Assembly: GCF_000755245.1 (NCBI RefSeq)
Contig: NZ_BBMP01000004.1
Coordinates: 8,736 to 32,735, forward strand
Source of the DNA: Halococcus sediminicola
GTDB lineage: Archaea > Halobacteriota > Halobacteria > Halobacteriales > Halococcaceae
DNA length: 24,000 nucleotides
Reading direction: 5' to 3'
Shown here: positions 8,787 through 16,182 of the stretch, piece by piece
Layout of the letters: the number at the start of each line of letters is the position of its first letter
Numbering within the stretch: the first letter of the stretch is position 1
Translations under genes and position numbers: made by a program
The notes under the pieces: generated by a model
Seen by the model: the letters and a program-made list of their open reading frames with translations, nothing else
Database searches by the model: none
Told to the model about the DNA's origin: nothing

Positions 8787-9236
8787 CTCAGTCCTTTTCC
8801 CCCTGTCCGCAATCGAGTAACTGCTGACTCGCTGAAAACGCTGCTTTCCCTGAAGGGCATGAGGAAGGATATCGGTTCGAAGGCAACTCGTCGAAGTAGC
8901 GACCTCCCAGATGTCCCGACCTACAATACCAACCCCTCGCAAGGACACTACCTCAGGAAACCGCAACTCTGGTTTGGATATTTGAGCGAAGGCGAACTAT
9001 TTGCACCATGCGGTGCAAGAATCGGTACGATACCTGAACCGAATCCTGACTCGTGGACAGAGAGGGTAAGCGGGCGCTCACGCTCGCTGTCGGCGCGTTC
9101 GTCACCTATCTACTCTTGGTCGTCGCGGCCGTGGTTGCTGCGCCCGACCTACTAGCGGGCGTGCTGATTGGTGGGTCGGAGCACTCAGTGTCGCAGCCGG
9201 TATCGGTCTGTTGGCGTACGCGCCAACCGAAAAGCT

Positions 9237-9924
9237 GAGGTCTATCGGTTCGCAAATGACGAACAGGCGGCCGGGCAAGAGGCGGTCGTTGACGTCAAAC
9301 GAACGATTGTGTTCCTCGACAATCGCCTCGATGAAGACCGGCGAGTGTCGGGCGTCCCTGTCGAAGACGTTTTCCGCATTGCGGGTGTGCTGGGACAACG
9401 ACCTTGACCGGAGAGTACAGGAATACTCCGGAGGGATGGTCCGCAAGCTCGAACTCACAGCCACGCTAAGTGTTGATGTACCCCTCTATCTGCTCGATGA
9501 ACCGACCGCTGAACTCGATCTCACGTCCGTCGACCAGTTCCATGCAATTCTCGACGAGCGAGTGAATCAGAGAGCGACGGTCGTCATGACGAGTCCCACA
9601 CCACGTGATGCTTACGCGGCTGACAGAGTTGTGTTCGTGGCAGATGGACAGATCGTCGCCGAGGGCGACCCTGATGCGGTACTCGAATCAGTGCCACCAG
9701 TTGTCATGGTGACTGCTCGCGTGGACGCCGAAGACGTCCGCGAGTGTGTCCGTACCGGTCAACTTTTCGAGAGTGACACGGCTCGCCGCGGTTTTCTTGC
9801 CAGTAAGACTGATCCGACGGTTATTGAGGGACTCAACGACGCATGTATCGACGAGCCGAAGTGGGTAGACTTTTCCAATTACTACGTCCATATTTCCCCA
9901 CAGAAAACGAACGATGGTAGCTGA
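9237..9924 (+). pseudogene. ABC transporter ATP-binding protein remnant (Walker A region missing, frameshift near 9400)
   Basis: The listed ORF 9211-9924 carries the ABC signature YSGGMVRKLEL, Walker B LYLLDEPT and a C-terminal ABC-2-type domain. The preceding segment (..TIVFLDNRLDEDRRVSG..EDVFRIAGVLG) lies in another frame (9168-9407). No GxxGxGK(S/T) is present anywhere upstream. Confidence 0.7.
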
Positions 9925-10273
9925 ATAGTTAATATCAGAGACTTCGATCCGAATAGAATCCACATTTGTGAAGTTGCGAATTTTCTCAATGGAGGATTTT
10001 CTTGCTGCGAACGTGTGCCTGTGATATGACGCGTACTGCAGTACTCATCCTTGCGATTTCATCGACAGCTCTCTCTAACCCATGACAACACTTGATCCGG
10101 AGAATCCGTGGGTGTTTACCATCGCCTCGATTGTTCTCTGGATACTGATTCGGGGGGGGACGATAGAGATGATCTGGTTTGAGGGCGACCTGCTGAGCGC
10201 GGTCATACAGGGCGCTGTTGGCGTGCCGCATTCGGTGTCGTCTTCAGCTGGTCTCGACGAGACATGCGATAGC

Positions 10274-10567
10274 TCAACCGGTGTATCTGAAGACGAGACC
10301 GCCAACACTCAACAGTGCACCGACGACGAGCAAGGCCAACACGAATCGGTTCGTACTGTATTCGTCCGGGTCGCCGTTCACAGCTCCATACAGCGCCGCG
10401 ACGACGATCAGACACCCCGAGAACACGGTCGTCCACTCGGCTAGACTGTCCGCGCCAGCTTGCAGCGAGAGCACCCCGTCGAGGGCGAACGAGCCACCGT
10501 AGACGACGAGCGTGCCTGTCCAGACGTATAGCCGTCGGATGGGCGTTAGCTCAAACTGCCCTGTCAT
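10274..10567 (-). CDS. Hypothetical 3-TM membrane protein (EWTTV motif)
   Basis: 97-aa ORF with three clear hydrophobic helices. It shares an xEWTTV-plus-TM block with the upstream 61-aa ORF. Confidence 0.5.
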   Translation of the reverse strand: MTGQFELTPIRRLYVWTGTLVVYGGSFALDGVLSLQAGADSLAEWTTVFSGCLIVVAALYGAVNGDPDEYSTNRFVLALLVVGALLSVGGLVFRYTG

Positions 10568-10588
10568 ACCAGATTTTCTGCGAGGTGG

Positions 10589-10774
10589 TCATTCATTCAC
10601 GAACCCTGGCCATACGCTGTCGAAAGCCAAGCGGAACACGAAAAACAGCACCGGGCTGAGGAGGACGGTCGTCCACTCGATGCCGTTTTGGACGTATCCA
10701 ACACCGAGAAAGACCACGCCGACCACAAGTGCTTCTGTCGCCCGCTCTCGCAGCGAAGCCCCAGCCAGTTGCAT
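10589..10774 (-). CDS. Hypothetical 2-TM membrane protein (EWTTV motif), paralog-like to 10274-10567
   Basis: 61-aa ORF containing ...VVGVVFLGVGYVQNGIEWTTVLLSPVLFFVF... It sits in tandem on the same strand, 21 nt upstream of the next ORF. Confidence 0.45.
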   Translation of the reverse strand: MQLAGASLRERATEALVVGVVFLGVGYVQNGIEWTTVLLSPVLFFVFRLAFDSVWPGFVNE

Positions 10775-11011
10775 ACTCGTGTTTGTCTATCATCCCTCAA
10801 AATACGTTTGTTCAGCGAGACACCATCGGATATCGGGCATGAGAGTTAAACAGCGCACCACCTCACCAAGATGAAGAGAGGGGCACTGGGTGCTCAAACC
10901 AAGCCAATAGGAGTTGGTTTCGATCTAGCGCTTCAAGTCATACACGTCATTTTCGCCAGTACCACCCCGGCTACTCAATTCTACGAGGTTGAAGAGGTCG
11001 CATGGACGTGG

Positions 11012-11431
11012 CTATTCGTTGGGACCGTCTTGATGTGAATTCTCATCTCCGGGTAGAGGGTGCAGAAGACCATACCAGAACCGATACCCGACCGTCCCAA
11101 TGGGGGTGCCGATGCTGTAGTTGTACTGGAATGCGTCCGGGTCGGAAGCGTAGCGCTGGATGAGGGTGTTTTGGAGTTTCCAGCGAAGGGTGAAGAGGAG
11201 ACGTCGCCGTCGATTCGTTCGAATACTGCATACATCATGATCGGAGAGCCAGTGTCCAAGAGCTCTGCTTACGGCTCCAGCGGATAGGGCAGTTAGTGAC
11301 ACTGGATACGGCTCGGCTCCATCTATTTCGTCGGCGTGGTCGAACTGGAACTTCCACATACCGATAAAGAGGGGTAGTAATAGCGCGCTTGTGAGGAATT
11401 CTGCGAGAGCACGGGTTCGTCGCTGAACCAT
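11012..11431 (-). CDS. Hypothetical protein (aromatic-rich, one N-terminal TM)
   Basis: 139-aa ORF and the longest in the region. Its composition (W/F/Y-rich with an acidic tail) looks protein-like. No family recognised. Confidence 0.4.
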   Translation of the reverse strand: MVQRRTRALAEFLTSALLLPLFIGMWKFQFDHADEIDGAEPYPVSLTALSAGAVSRALGHWLSDHDVCSIRTNRRRRLLFTLRWKLQNTLIQRYASDPDAFQYNYSIGTPIGTVGYRFWYGLLHPLPGDENSHQDGPNE

Positions 11432-11442
11432 ACTGACTTGAT

Positions 11443-12258
11443 GTGAGCCAACAACTTATATCGAGCGACGATGTCGGGCCATTCCTAACCCAACAGGTTC
11501 ACTCGAAACGAGGTGTGTACTGTGTCGATCCTGCAGGCACTACCCTGTCCGCGATCAGGCGGTTAGTTACAGGACGAGACTTTTTGTTGGAATCTATGGT
11601 AGTATCAACTATGGCTTCAACGGTCACTCCTCAGTTTCTTGCCCGTGGTGCTGCTGGGCTAGCTGGTCTCACTGGTTCGGCTGGATTTCTTTATTTGATG
11701 GGTGCGTTTGGCCCTGTTTCTTGTGGACAAGCCAATCGGGGAGTAGCAGCGGTGAGGTTACTACGAGTCAGGGGTGTGAGGCTGGTATCGATTATCTGTT
11801 TGGCAGTACCGGTGGGAACGCCTCGGTGTTTTTCTTCTGGGCACTGGTTCTCTTGGGTCTCGTCATTCTCGGATACTGACGAGCGTCACGCGCTTATTGA
11901 CCGGTATTTCGAGAAGCTCGTGGAGCTCGCCGATGCCGAACTGTTCGATATCGCTGCACATCCAGATCTTATCGAGCGGAATCCAGCACTGCGGGGGTTC
12001 ATCGACGAAGAACACTACCGCAAGGCCGCAGCGGCGTTCGAGCGCTCACAGACTGTCGCTGAAATCAACGCCGGGCGTGTCTTTTCCGAGTATGGTGAGT
12101 TTCACCCAGCTCCGAATTTCCTCGACATACTCACCGAAACCAATGTGGTGATGGCGGTCGGTACGGATTCCCATCGTCCAAACGAAATCGACGATCGCAT
12201 TGATCGCATTGACGACCTGCTCGACGAACACGGAATTTCACCGGCAGAGATTCCGTGA
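11443..12258 (+). pseudogene. PHP-domain histidinol-phosphatase (HisJ-family) C-terminal fragment fused to unrelated 5' sequence
   Basis: Only nt ~11878-12258 (DERHALIDRYFEKLVELADAELFDIAAHPDLIERNP...VGTDSHRPNEI) resembles the PHP/HisJ C-terminal half. The N-terminal DxHxH metal motif is absent. The 5' 145 codons are T-rich at third positions and not PHP-like. Confidence 0.55.
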
Positions 12259-12414
12259 CTCCCCTAATTGGAACAGATACGTCTTGATACCGAGGTAGTG
12301 ACCGCACTGACGATGCAAACGTGCTTCTCCCCCACAACAGAGAGCAGTGTCTAATCTCCTGATCTGGAATCCATGCTAGCAACCAAGTAGCTTCGCGCCA
12401 CGATATCATCTACC

Positions 12415-13240
12415 ACAGTAATTTTATTATCTCCGATCTAATTGTTTGGTTTACGTCATCCGCTTGGTTGCGGTCACCAAGTAATACCGGGTGACAGCCA
12501 CTGAAGATGACCCGCAATCCACACACTACGCGTGCTGTTGATGCTATCAGCAGCGCGCCTCAGTCCGGCACGCCCTACGGCGTGCTTCAGGACTGCCCCA
12601 ACCACGATACCGGAGTGACGGGGAGTGGTGGAGTGTGGACGGCTTCGGTTGCTCACCTTCACACTCAGTTCGTCCCTGACCGGATCGCGTAGGGCACCTG
12701 TCTCAGACCACGCCGCGATTCGGAGTTGCTCTCGATGATGGAAATCATCGAGAGTGGACTCGGTCCCGACAGAATGTCAGGGAGAGCTGAGATGGTTCTC
12801 GCCGATGATACTGTCTACCGGCTGGTTCTGACCTGTGTCTGAGCGAGTCGCTGAGGAGCGACTGAGTGGTGGTTGGTGACGGATCAGCCCCTCACGCGAA
12901 TGGCGCACAGATCGAGGCGGGCGACGTGCTCGACTCGTCTGTGCGTCTACAGGCCCTCGATAGGAGATCGAACATCGATCTCCAACCGAGTGCTCGTGAT
13001 GCGTACTAGGGGCTCGCACGCAGACATGCCCGCTATGTCGAAGAGGTGGAGTGGGGAGTGGGATCCCGGAATCGGATCTGATGCTCCACGGCACTCACTC
13101 TGCTGACGGTGTTGATGTGGCTGCGGTGACCGGCGTCACGGTGGAATCGTGAGGCCTCGTGAGAGGCATCGCTGTGGGTCGTCTGCGTCGGATAGCACGC
13201 AAATCGCGTCGCTAGCGCGACAGGAGAAGAACGAAGGAAA
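12415..13240. other. ORF-free, hairpin-dense tract with GGAGTG direct repeats (candidate structured RNA or decayed element)
   Basis: Strong helices at 12534-12554, 12561-12595, 12729-12754 (11 perfect bp with a GGAA loop) and 12963-12983 (9 perfect bp). No credible ORF in any frame. See findings. Confidence 0.35.
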
Positions 13241-13519
13241 ATGGAACGACAGCACACACGGGAATCGCACTACGAAGACCAACAGGACGAGACGCTGACC
13301 AACCGCTCGCAGGTGGGTCAAGCAGGGCCGTTCGAAACAGCTCTGATGACTGTGGCCGCGCTGTGCGGTCTCGTCGTGTTCGGGATACTGGCGAGTACCA
13401 CCCCTGGTGTGGTGGTCATGCTCGGCGCGTTTGCGTTCGTGATGACCATGCCAGTGGTGGTGCCGTACGTTACCGTACGAGTGGCGACAGCGTTGCTGCG
13501 GCACCGGGAGTCGGAGTAA
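13241..13519 (+). CDS. Hypothetical 2-TM membrane protein
   Basis: 92-aa ORF with an acidic N-terminus followed by two hydrophobic helices. A purine-rich stretch (ggagaagaacgaaggaaa) lies directly upstream of the ATG. Confidence 0.5.
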   Translation: MERQHTRESHYEDQQDETLTNRSQVGQAGPFETALMTVAALCGLVVFGILASTTPGVVVMLGAFAFVMTMPVVVPYVTVRVATALLRHRESE

Positions 13520-13588
13520 ATCCCTTCTCCTTATTCCAGTAAGAAAGGTCGCGAGCACAGAAACATGTTAGTCACGTTCGGCAATCCA

Positions 13589-13933
13589 CTATCGCCGTCG
13601 ACGTTGTGTAAAGCACTCGACCGGATCGAGATTTGCCCGCTCATTTCCGAGGTCGGAGAGCGTCTCAAAGACGGTCTCAAGTGCTTCGTGAACGTCTGAA
13701 ACAGATTTCGCACCGGTACAGACGATCTTTCCCGATCGGAAAATCAGTGCTGCCGCATGTGGATCCTGTACTCGATAGATCACTCCAGGGAACTTCTCAC
13801 GGTCAAAATCCGCTCCATCGAGATCCATTGCTACCGATTCCAGATTGAGCTCCTGGCCAATCGCTGTTGAGGCGACCACACTCTGGATTTCAAGTGCCTC
13901 CTTCGGATCCTTGATTCTCTCGTGGTCGCTCAT
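13589..13933 (-). CDS. tbp: TATA-box-binding protein paralog truncated to the first TBP repeat (probable pseudogene)
   Basis: MSDHERIKDPKEALEIQSVVASTAIGQELNLESVAMDLDGADFDREKFPGVIYRVQDPHAAALIFRSGKIVCTGAKSVSDVHEAL matches TBP repeat 1 closely. After ..LSDLG the sequence diverges and stops. No second repeat appears in any frame. Confidence 0.75.
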   Translation of the reverse strand: MSDHERIKDPKEALEIQSVVASTAIGQELNLESVAMDLDGADFDREKFPGVIYRVQDPHAAALIFRSGKIVCTGAKSVSDVHEALETVFETLSDLGNERANLDPVECFTQRRRR

Positions 13934-14130
13934 AGATCGGTCACACTTGTCCAATGGAGAGCGGTGACAAAAAGCGATTCAAGAACGGCGAAATACGTCC
14001 AGTTCGGAGGAATTTGAACCACATACATGAAAAATATCGACAAAGAAGAAGTTGAGAGTAGCACTCTCAATGCATGAGTCCCGCGTTGCAGTTCAAACAT
14101 TCGGCTACTTCCGTCGTGTGCGATTTATCA

Positions 14131-14553
14131 CTATGCGGTGTTCGGCCTGCCGACCGTTTTCGCGTGGAGATAATTCACTGGGACGATGACGACAACGCTC
14201 GAAAGTATCCCGACGAAGAACCCAGAGAGTACCTGTTCGGGTATCGGCAACATCGAGAAAGCAATTGCTATCACAACCATCCCGCCCCCAAACACGAGCA
14301 ATCGACCGGCATACCCGATGTCGTTGGACCACTGTGCAAAGGAGCGGCCCAGCGGCGACCTCGCACCGGGGCCGGCGATAAGCACTCCAAGAACGAACGT
14401 CACCGCTGCTACCGGCCAAGCGATCCCAGAATCCGGGTTCTGGCTGAGGGGAGAGTCTGTCACCAATATGATGAGAGCTAACATTACGGCGAAAAGGTCC
14501 ATCCGAGTCGGCGGTCGGGGTGGGAGTAGGACCGAGAGCCTCGATACGGTCAT
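14131..14553 (-). CDS. Hypothetical 4-TM membrane protein
   Basis: 140-aa hydrophobic ORF (alternative Met start at 14502). The + strand ORF 14186-14707 is its antisense shadow. Confidence 0.5.
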   Translation of the reverse strand: MTVSRLSVLLPPRPPTRMDLFAVMLALIILVTDSPLSQNPDSGIAWPVAAVTFVLGVLIAGPGARSPLGRSFAQWSNDIGYAGRLLVFGGGMVVIAIAFSMLPIPEQVLSGFFVGILSSVVVIVPVNYLHAKTVGRPNTA

Positions 14554-14622
14554 TGTCTTTGTTTCTCATAGACGTGTTTCGTGGATAATTCTTTTCACTA
14601 CAATCGAAAGCAACTCGTCCCG

Positions 14623-14955
14623 TCAGCTGACGATCATGGCGACCATCACGCCGATCCCGATTGGGCCAACAACGATGATCGCCAGTGGCAGCGACTTCGA
14701 TTCGTAGCTGTTAGCGGGATCTCTGACAAGTTCCGGGTGGCGGAAGTGATAGAGCCCGATTGATAGCAACGACGCAGCTGAGAGCAGCATCAAAAGCTCG
14801 AACGGTTGGTCGAGAAGCGACACCGCCGGATTCGTGAATGTCGAGGCGAGCGTCGGTATCCATCCTGCACCGAAGAACACCGCCAGCAAGGTGACATCGA
14901 GCGAGCGCCGTCGAGAACTCTCCATGTCGGATAGCTGTCTGGTGGTGGAATACAT
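14623..14955 (-). CDS. Hypothetical 3-TM membrane protein
   Basis: 110-aa ORF (alternative Met start at 14925) with three hydrophobic helices, on the same strand as its neighbours. Confidence 0.5.
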   Translation of the reverse strand: MYSTTRQLSDMESSRRRSLDVTLLAVFFGAGWIPTLASTFTNPAVSLLDQPFELLMLLSAASLLSIGLYHFRHPELVRDPANSYESKSLPLAIIVVGPIGIGVMVAMIVS

Positions 14956-14986
14956 CCCCGGTACTCAGGGCATGAATGTTGTGAGG

Positions 14987-15432
14987 TTAGCTCCCGACAC
15001 CACGTGTCCGACGTGAGTGGACTTTCTTCGAGAGCCACCCGCCGACGAACCCACCAATGTCCCCAACCAGCATCGAAAACGTAACGAGTGCAAGGGTAGC
15101 CAGAGTGAGAAGGGCGATCTCGGCGAGTAGGTTCGACCAGACCAGTATAGGCCCATCGGGGAGTCCAACCAGCCACCCAACTGCCCACACAGGGTTGCGG
15201 GGATGCCACCAACGAGGCCGGCGAGAATTCCGGCGTTGGCTGCCTCTTTCGAAGCGCTCGCCGCGAGATAGCCAGCGAGTACAGCACCCAAAAAGACACC
15301 GTTGGCGGAAAGCTGAACGTTCGAGCTCGTCCATGCCGAAAGTGCGACTGTGAGTGGGATCGAGACGAAACCGCCGACGAGCCCATATTTCCACACGCTA
15401 TCGAATCGGCGGCGAAGACTCAGGCCGGGCAT
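14987..15432 (-). pseudogene. DUF5518-like small membrane protein with a frameshift near 15185
   Basis: The N-terminal part (from Met at 15432: MPGLSLRRRFDSVWKYGLVGGFVSIPL...GILAGLVGGIPATLCG) is Gly/Ala-rich TM sequence. The membrane-like continuation (..VGWLVGLPDGPILVWSNLLAEIALLTLATLALVTFSMLVGDIGGFVGGWLSKK) lies in the frame of ORF 14987-15394. The original frame turns into Arg/Ser-rich sequence. Confidence 0.45.
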
Positions 15433-15518
15433 TGTTATCTTCCCACTATGTCTCCCGAGGATAAAACTGTATCTCGGCGTGTGCCGTCTACGATCGCGTT
15501 CGCTGCTGACGTCGTGTG

Positions 15519-15534
15519 GATTTTTGTGGGATAG
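15519..15534 (+). promoter_or_regulatory. Promoter-like motif copy 1 (gATTTTTGTGGGAtag)
   Basis: The AT-rich TATA-like core sits about 19 nt upstream of ATG 15542 and about 28 nt upstream of ATG 15551. An exact 12-mer ATTTTTGTGGGA is repeated at 15886-15897. Confidence 0.3.
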
Positions 15535-15541
15535 CACCCGA

Positions 15542-15850
15542 ATGGTCAGTATGGCCGAGACGATCGACCGCCTACCGCTCCCACGACTCTATCTCGGGCT
15601 CGTCCCGGTGGTGCTCGTCGGCGTGGTCTATTCCCTTGCCGGCGTCGTGGCACATCTAACAAATACCGAACCGGCACACGGCTGGATGATCCCAGCGTTC
15701 GGAGTGTTCTTCCTTGTTATTTCCGCCCACAAGCTCTACACGACCTCGCCCGACGACTCGGTAGCGGATTACTGGATCGCACTCCAGTATTTCTTCGCTC
15801 TCGTCTTGCTGGTGGCGTACGCGAGCGAAGCCGGCCTGATCAGCCTGTAA
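15542..15850 (+). CDS. Hypothetical 3-TM membrane protein
   Basis: From the internal Met (MVSMAETIDRLPLPRLYLGLVPVVLVGVV...) the ORF is hydrophobic. The listed upstream extension (15350-15541) is Arg-rich and antisense to the neighbouring gene. An alternative leaderless-type start is at 15551. Confidence 0.5.
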   Translation: MVSMAETIDRLPLPRLYLGLVPVVLVGVVYSLAGVVAHLTNTEPAHGWMIPAFGVFFLVISAHKLYTTSPDDSVADYWIALQYFFALVLLVAYASEAGLISL

Positions 15851-15883
15851 CGCAAGGACATGGCTCAAGCGCTCGCGGCACGC

Positions 15884-15899
15884 GAATTTTTGTGGGAAG
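15884..15899 (+). promoter_or_regulatory. Promoter-like motif copy 2 (gaATTTTTGTGGGAag)
   Basis: Same 12-mer as at 15521-15532. It lies about 30 nt upstream of ATG 15918, which opens a 51-codon ORF. Confidence 0.25.
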
Positions 15900-15917
15900 A
15901 CTCTAAATTAGAGGAGT

Positions 15918-16073
15918 ATGGGATTTCTTGGCCGACGAGAGACTGATAGCCGGGCGGGAGTGCTGATCACGTCTGGTTCGCTGTTCGTCCTGTGCTGTTA
16001 CGGGGCTATGTCCTTCTCCGGGAAAATTTCTCTGAGCCCATACTCTCGCCTGCATTATCGATTCCAGTCATAG
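15918..16073 (+). CDS. Possible 51-aa Cys-containing hydrophobic micro-protein
   Basis: My own translation: MGFLGRRETDSRAGVLITSGSLFVLCCYGAMSFSGKISLSPYSRLHYRFQS. It is preceded by gaggag and by the repeated promoter-like motif. It is below the ORF-track cutoff and has no homology support. Confidence 0.2.
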   Translation: MGFLGRRETDSRAGVLITSGSLFVLCCYGAMSFSGKISLSPYSRLHYRFQS

Positions 16074-16182
16074 CTTTCTTATCTTGATCAATTCCGATGT
16101 TGGAAAGGGTGAACCTCACTCATCACCAACCAGCAAGACGTTCCAATCCCTACGCTGTCTTCCATTTTCGATAGGGTACACA

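Noticed and set aside
10082-10444. 120-aa + strand ORF with a plausible TM-like N-terminus (ENPWVFTIASIVLWILIRGG).
   Set aside because: Its 3' two-thirds are antisense to the 3-TM ORF 10274-10567 and read as low-complexity sequence. The N-terminal 60 codons alone are unsupported. The G8 run at 10152-10159 makes the frame here unreliable.
12698-12731. tgtctcagaccacgccgcgattcggagttgct loosely resembles the haloarchaeal type I-B CRISPR repeat (GTTTCAGACGAACCC...). A partial echo (ggcttcggttgctc) lies about 75 nt upstream at 12641-12654.
   Set aside because: Only about 10/15 matches in the 5' half. The 5' halves of the two copies differ, there is no regular repeat-spacer periodicity, and no cas genes are present. 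Not a CRISPR array.
12260-13240. Whether the structured tract is a known housekeeping RNA (RNase P RNA, SRP/7S RNA) or a group II intron domain V.
   Set aside because: I could not find the universally conserved RNase P GAAAGUCC-type core or SRP helix-8 motifs. The 11-bp helix lacks the AGC triad and 2-nt bulge of domain V. A cmscan run would be needed to be definitive.
13985-14012. The reverse complement contains GGTTCAAATTCC, reminiscent of a tRNA T-arm.
   Set aside because: The flanking bases do not form a T-stem, and no acceptor, D or anticodon arms can be drawn. Not a tRNA.
9001-14070. Isolated perfect hairpins: TTGCACC-atgc-GGTGCAA (9001-9018) and TTGAGAGT-agc-ACTCTCAA (14052-14070). 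Also GGCTTT-ccga-AAAGCC (3119-3134) between convergent genes.
   Set aside because: Stems of 6-8 bp are expected several times by chance in 24 kb. They are not followed by T-runs, and haloarchaeal termination does not generally require hairpins. Noted but not called as terminators.
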